From the NCBI RefSeq assembly GCF_009914755.1, contig NC_060926.1: a DNA stretch of 64,000 nucleotides. One strand, 5' to 3'. The notes under the pieces were generated by a model that was given only the letters and a program-made list of their open reading frames with translations, did no database searches and was not told the DNA's origin. This document shows, in pieces, positions 27,001 through 64,000 of this stretch. Position 1 is the first letter of the stretch. Every line of letters begins with the position of its first letter. This DNA comes from the human T2T-CHM13v2.0 reference genome, Homo sapiens. The translations under genes and the position numbers were made by a program.

Positions 27001-28902
27001 AGCCAATTTTGAACTTAGGGGAAAAGACTTGGGGAGGAAAAAGAAGCCTTCAAATGGAAGCCGAAGAAGTCTCTAGATGATTTTTCCATTATTTCACAAA
27101 TGGAAAAACTTACAGAGTTAATTCAGAGTAGTGAAATCTGCCTATGAGTCTGACTTAGTCCTTATTTTAATTTCATCTGGGCGGCCCCAAAGAGTGATGA
27201 CATTGATGATAACTATTACAAGAATGAGACATACATTTCAAAGATCTTAGTTATATTATTCCAAAATGCCAAAGCAAGGGAATATAGCTCCTAAAAGTAT
27301 ATCATTTTCACTAAAAAACTGAATACTGCTCTCTACCTCCTAGAAATGTCCTCAGCTGAAATAAGAAAAGGGGGATTTGAAATCCAAAATGTTGCAGCAT
27401 TTATTAGATTCATATTATCTTGTAATTGTTTAACCCGTAGAAGTTTGGCTTTTTCAACAAGACCAAGAGCCCATTTTGGCCAGGTACCTTATCAGAGTCT
27501 CCTTCTTTAGCCTCGCACACTGCTCTGCACACAACAGACCTTCATTAAATCCTTGAATCAGATTGGATGTGGACTTGCCTGGCTTTTTACCGCACTGGTT
27601 TGGCAGGAGTTGTGTCCCAATCTTGCTTGTCATTCTTGTCTCTTGGTTTAAAATGCTGTGCTTTGCAAAAGGCTTCTTTGAGCAAGCACTTGAGGAAAAA
27701 GAATTACCCCCTTTCAAAAGGGTCTGAATATGGTCTTTCGTGAGGCCTATTACAGTGCCTTATACCTCATTATAATCTACTGGGGAGTTATTGTGCATCT
27801 TGTAATGGAGGCTAAATTCATATTTTTCATTCACCTGATTAGTATTTATGTATTGGCTCTGGTGCCAAAAGGAATATTTTCCGTCTCTGTTTCTCCTTTT
27901 CAGTAGTAATATGAACATAATACAAGGCAGTAGAAAGAGCATCCCCTTTCCAGAAACAAACAAAAATCAATTACAGTCAGTCCTGAGGGAAGTCTTTCGT
28001 GGAGAAAGCCAAGAAAAGCAGAAAGAAAGCTGAATGCCTCTGCCTTTATCTGTCCCCCCTGCCTCGCGGTTTTAGGATCACATTGTCACAGCCCCATTTG
28101 GATTCTTTCATGCTCAGGTAGGGAGGAAGAATTTTTATCAACACATGATTGATGTGTCAAAATCTAGAAAATTTCATTGGAGAGGGGTCCATGCCTTTCA
28201 GGGCTCATTTGTGATACGTGTTTTCTGGCTATAGGGCCAAACATGGGGCTCTAGGAAGCAAACCGAGCAGGCCAAATGCAGCCCCTACTCTGTGCCGTCC
28301 CGCTGTCCTCCTGCCTAGCCTAGCGCTCAGCAGGAAGAGTATCCGGGAGGATATGGTGTAGGGAGCGAGTGAGAGGGCTGGGTGGCAGCTGTGGCAGCCC
28401 TGCCCAGCCCTGTGGCCACTGCGACATCTTCTGTATGGGTCCTGGGGCTGCTGCTCTCGGATCAACTCTTTGCCCTTTGGTTCTGCCTTTGGGCTGGTTT
28501 TCTTTCTTTGACTCTCACGGATACTGCAGTGCTGCTTCTTTCCCTCTTCCATTTAACCTAATCATTTATAAAATGAAATTCTTTTCCATGTTTCTCTGAC
28601 TTCTGGCTGGAGAGAGATCGGATGCGGGAAGCTCTTGCCTCCCTCTCAGCAGTGGCCCCGAGGCATCTCTAGTAGTGGCCATACCTCTAGGGTTCTGGGA
28701 CACCCTCCAGGGTTCCAGCTCCCAGCAGGACACCTGGCTCAGGCCCTGGTCATGCTTCCTTCTCCCTCTGTCCCTTTGCTTGAGGGCCTCCTGCTTTGCC
28801 AATATTGGGACTACCTCTCACAGTGATCTATTTGGCTTCTGAAATTTTCCTCCCCTGGTGCAACACTTCCCGCATTAAATTCCCTTGTGGTAAATACAAT
28901 GA

Positions 28903-29321
<419 letters not shown>

Positions 29322-31640
29322 CACAAAGTTGCTTTTTAAAAAGTTAATTCAGACCAAGCATGATGCAGGGTGCTCATATGTAATCTCAGTAGGTCACTGT
29401 GAATATTTATTGCTGGAAATTCATCAGATCAAGTCTGATACCTGATGACCTAGAAGAGCTTGGATGCAATTTTCTCAATAACTTGAATCAAACAGAACAC
29501 AGACTCTTCCAAAGGGTGGGCCAAGATGTCTCTAGAAGAAAACTGCAGGTGGATGGGGTCATTGTACCTGCAGTGGAGACACTGGAGTGAAATAGACCTG
29601 GAGTCTACTCTAAGCAATTCCAGTTATTGGCTGTGTGAGCACAGGCAAGTCCCTAGGTGTCTCTGGTCTTAGCTGTCTCCATAAACAATGGGAGTCAGAA
29701 TATAGCAAGGAGATACATGTAAAGGAGCATGTGTGCACAGCATGTATAAACCTGCCTCTAGAGCTGGCTTGCTTTCTTTGTTTCTCACAAATGTCACCAT
29801 GCTTTTGTCTTTCCTTCTCCTGTTTAACCTAAGAATTCTTAAAATGACATTCTTTCTCTTATTTTTCTACAGTGCAGCTAAGGTAAAATTCTCAAAAGAA
29901 ACTTTACTTGAAAACCAAGGGAAACCAAAAAGGAAGTAAATAATCTGACACAAAGGCAATAAAGTTACACTTGTAATGCAGGGGTCTCTGAACAGGCATT
30001 GGCCAGTGACTATTTCCAGGGATGTGGCCTGCCTGTCAGGCTTGCCCTGTCTCAGAGCATTTGGCTTCTAAGTACCAACATAGTTCTGAGGATGTGGTAT
30101 ATTGCCTAACTGAATACAGTGTCCCTTTCAAAGACAAATTCCTATTCCCTCAAAATAAAACCTTCCCTGCTTTCCCCTGCATGTGTTCCTTGGAGATTTT
30201 ATTTAAATAAAGGGACCATCCCCTCCTCAAGGCATCCTTCATTCATCATGTTGCCCCTAAACCTAAAATCTTTGAGCCGGAGAAGGATCTGAGGATTCTG
30301 CCTTTCAACAGATGAAATACCCTCTTGGTCCTGGAACTGGTACTAGGATTACTAGCTAAAAGACAACCTTGTGTACATTTACCTCTTTAGAAGTTGCAAA
30401 TCAAAGAAAAAGTTCTGGTTGAAGCTTGATACTTCTTTGCTTTAGTAACACTTTCTTTTCAGGGTTCCAAGGAACCAGAAAGGGAACTGTCCAACAAAAT
30501 AAAGTAGCCTAGAGACCACTTGTTAGCATTTTGTTAAAATATAGCCATTGCTTTAGAAACAAATTAAAACATGCAATCTTCAAATAATGTTTCATTGCAC
30601 CTACCAAAGAATAAACACTTATCACCAGTCCAGAAGCATGGGCATCTTCTTGACCTTGGTTCTGGCAGCCTCTCAAAGATCACTGCAAAGGAAAGTAGGT
30701 TTTTCATTGGAAAGAAAAGTTGAGCTCAGAAACAAATCCCATACCCATCTACTCTAGACCACACCTATCTGTACCTCTTTACTCTAAGACAAAAAGAAGA
30801 AATGGACTTCTACTATTATTTTCAAGAAACCAGAGGTCTTTACAATTTGATACAGTCAGGTGCAGTCCTAGACTGTAAACCAACCTGTGTAATGAAAAGA
30901 GGTGAGAGGCTTAAGAACCTGGGAACTCACAACTTAGAAATATGTAGCGTGTTTTAACTGCACGTTTTCAGGGTCCCAGTGTATGATGGTCTCACGTGTT
31001 TGAACACTTCTCTGGGTGATATACTATCAAAGAATTCTTGTCTTCTTTGAGGTGTTAGGTGCAAGTACAGGGACTCTGTGAGCTCATAGTCTCTCTCCAT
31101 CAGTACGTCTGCCATAACAGAGCATGGACTATTTCAGGGCAAAATCAGTCCCTGTTTAAAGCAACTGTTGAATTGGACTAGAGTGATACTTCTTGATCTG
31201 TGCTGGTAAACAGTATGCTGTTAAAATACTATAATATTGCTTGACATCTGTGCTACAGTGATTTCAAGAGGGGAAAAAAGTCTGCTAGATGCCAGCGAGG
31301 TGATGAAAATGTTTAAATAAGTTAGTTCAGTGAGATTTCAGCCATTCTAAATACATCTGTATCTTATCTATGCTGTTATCTTAAAGTTTAGTATTCTTTT
31401 CTCTTTTTCCTTAATTCTATTATAAATCAAAAGCATCAACCCACTTGAAACTTATTGTTAATTTAAAAAGGTATATATTTATGCATGTATGTTTGTATTT
31501 AGCTACATACAATATTATATATTGGCCTTTATTTACCTCATTTTTTATTAGGACTAGAGGGAAAACTTATCAATTTATTTTCACTGTAATGGCTTCTATT
31601 TGCAAACAGTAGGGTTTTTAGTACAAAGCGTAATAATCTC

Positions 31641-32107
31641 TACATCAGTTTTCCATGACTGCTATAACAAATTACCACAAATGCAGTGGTTAAAAAACAC
31701 CTTAATAACCTAACAGTGCTATTGTTTAGAAGTCTGAAATGGGTCTCACTGGGCTCACAATAAGGCGTCAGCAGGGCTGCGTTCATCTGGAAGTTCTAGG
31801 GGAAATCTCTTTTGTTTGTTTTTCTCCTTTTCCATCTTCTGGAGGCTGCTCTCATTCCTTGGCCTTTGGCCTCTTTAATCTTCAAAGCCAGTTCTGACTT
31901 CTCTGCTTCCCTCTTCCATATTTTAAGCCCCCTTGTGATTACCTTTGGCCCAGCTAGAAACACCAGGATGATCTCCTTGGTTTGATGCTTAACTTAATCA
32001 TATTTTTGGAGTCCCTTTTGCCGTGTAACCTGACATGTTTGAAGGTTCTAGGGATGAGGACATAAACTTTTTTTTTAATCAGGGGGAGTATTATTCTGCC
32101 TACCACA
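31641..32107 (-). mobile_element. MLT1 (MLT1C-like) solo LTR
   Basis: ctgctataacaaattaccacaaa...ttattctgcctaccaca with exact 5-bp TSD ATCTC (31636-31640, 32108-32112). Confidence 0.88.
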
Positions 32108-32241
32108 ATCTCATAAGAAATAAATCTCCCATCTTTTCTTACCTTCTGGAAGTGGCATAAATGGCATTGTATTGGTGCTTCTGTCACTCCCCTTGACTGG
32201 ATACATTTTTCTCCACCGTTTGGAATATCATTACCAGATTA

Positions 32242-32652
<411 letters not shown>

Positions 32653-33311
32653 CTAGAATGTAGATAATCATATGCACTTTCTCTAGAGCCTAGAGCTGAT
32701 CTGACAGTCACAGAATCCTGAACTCTGTACACTTTCTTCTACTTAGTAGAAGAAAGAGAAGTGTACTAACTGCCTCAGTGGGCTCTAGGAGCTTGAGTGC
32801 ATAGAACCGCCAAGAAGTCGCATTTAAAAATTAAAACTTTATTTCTAAAAATACAAATTGCAGAAAAAGAATCTTAACTACACAAGAGAGAGACGAAATA
32901 GCTCATTTCCATCCCATATCAATACTTTCTTCCCACCCCTGGAGACAGGTCATTTTAATCTCCATTTATGTTTATCTTGTTTTGCTTTTTCCTCTGCTCT
33001 GATGTTTGTTAGGCTCTGAATAGATATTTATTTCCTCTTCTCATGAAGCCTACAAACATCTAATCATTCCTATCTATTTGGTTTTTTCATTTTTAATAAT
33101 TTATATTTAAATGTTGGCAAATTGAATGGTCTAATTTTGCCCTTTGAATGCCTATGCATTCAAGTTCTTTAGGCAGAATTTATCTCTTATTTTTTTAAAT
33201 TATATTTTGAGTTTTATAAAAAATGGATGTTTCTTATTATCCCCCAACCCATAATTTTCTTCAGTGAACTTTTTGTTTAATTTTCTTTTGCTTTAACATT
33301 TTATTTTTCAG

Positions 33312-63479
<30,168 letters not shown>

Positions 63480-64000
63480 GTATGTTTGCATCCAACACTG
63501 TAATTGCCAGACTATGATTAACCTTTTCACATGGTATCATCATTTCTACAATAGCATGTTCTCCTTTTTTGTGGAAGATGGCAGTGTATGTGACTTTTTT
63601 CCTCTCTATTGACTAATCACACATCTTGTGGAGTATAATGTATCCATTTCTGGCACAGCATTGAGCCGGGTGCTGCCTAGAGTAATTCGGGAGAGAATAT
63701 TCCTTTACTCTAAAAACCACTCTTTGTATACAGTGTTCAACTGTAATAGCTGTGGAACAGAAGGCGTGTGAGAGAACAATGGGAATAGCAATGCCAGGCA
63801 GCTCAAAGGATATGAAGGCCCCTGGGTGATGAGAACTTTTGGTATTTGAATTTCGTATGCAGGATTTCGCGTGAAGTGTTTTCCTCTTGTTATCAGAATG
63901 AGCGTCTTTGATGGAAACCCAGACTTCCAATATAAAACAGTCTATTGATTTCAGCCCAGAAGCATCCATTTGGCCTCATTCATACTTTCCTGCTAATGTC

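Noticed and set aside
63613-63969. 118-aa minus-strand ORF (also 37407..37814 and 50690..51055)
   Set aside because: No recognisable domain or splice support; lengths are within chance for intronic DNA.

Overview
Primate (very probably human) genomic DNA covering the middle of RAPGEF4 (Epac2 / cAMP-GEFII) on the + strand. Nine GT-AG coding exons (33312-63479) splice into one continuous frame. It runs from TPLIEPHVP through the DEP domain and the cNMP-binding domain B (phosphate-binding cassette [15 protein letters not shown]) to the VLVLE switchboard motif. From recall of the gene these are approximately exons 7-15; neither the start nor the end of the gene is in the window. The rest is intronic and rich in Alu, L1, L2/MIR, MaLR LTRs and DNA-transposon remnants, and nearly all other ORFs in the track are spurious or repeat-derived. 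I see no convincing evidence of a new multi-gene system. The most interesting unexplained signals are: (1) candidate micro-exons or an alternative 5' exon in the long first intron; (2) two diverged local direct duplications of apparently non-repeat DNA, each offset by about 1.55-1.6 kb; (3) a perfect 26-bp Made1 (miR-548-type) hairpin; (4) the internal Epac2C-type start region; (5) a full CRE; (6) G-quadruplex clusters; (7) inverted Alu pairs. Repeat subfamily names and exon numbers are from memory and need RepeatMasker/annotation confirmation.
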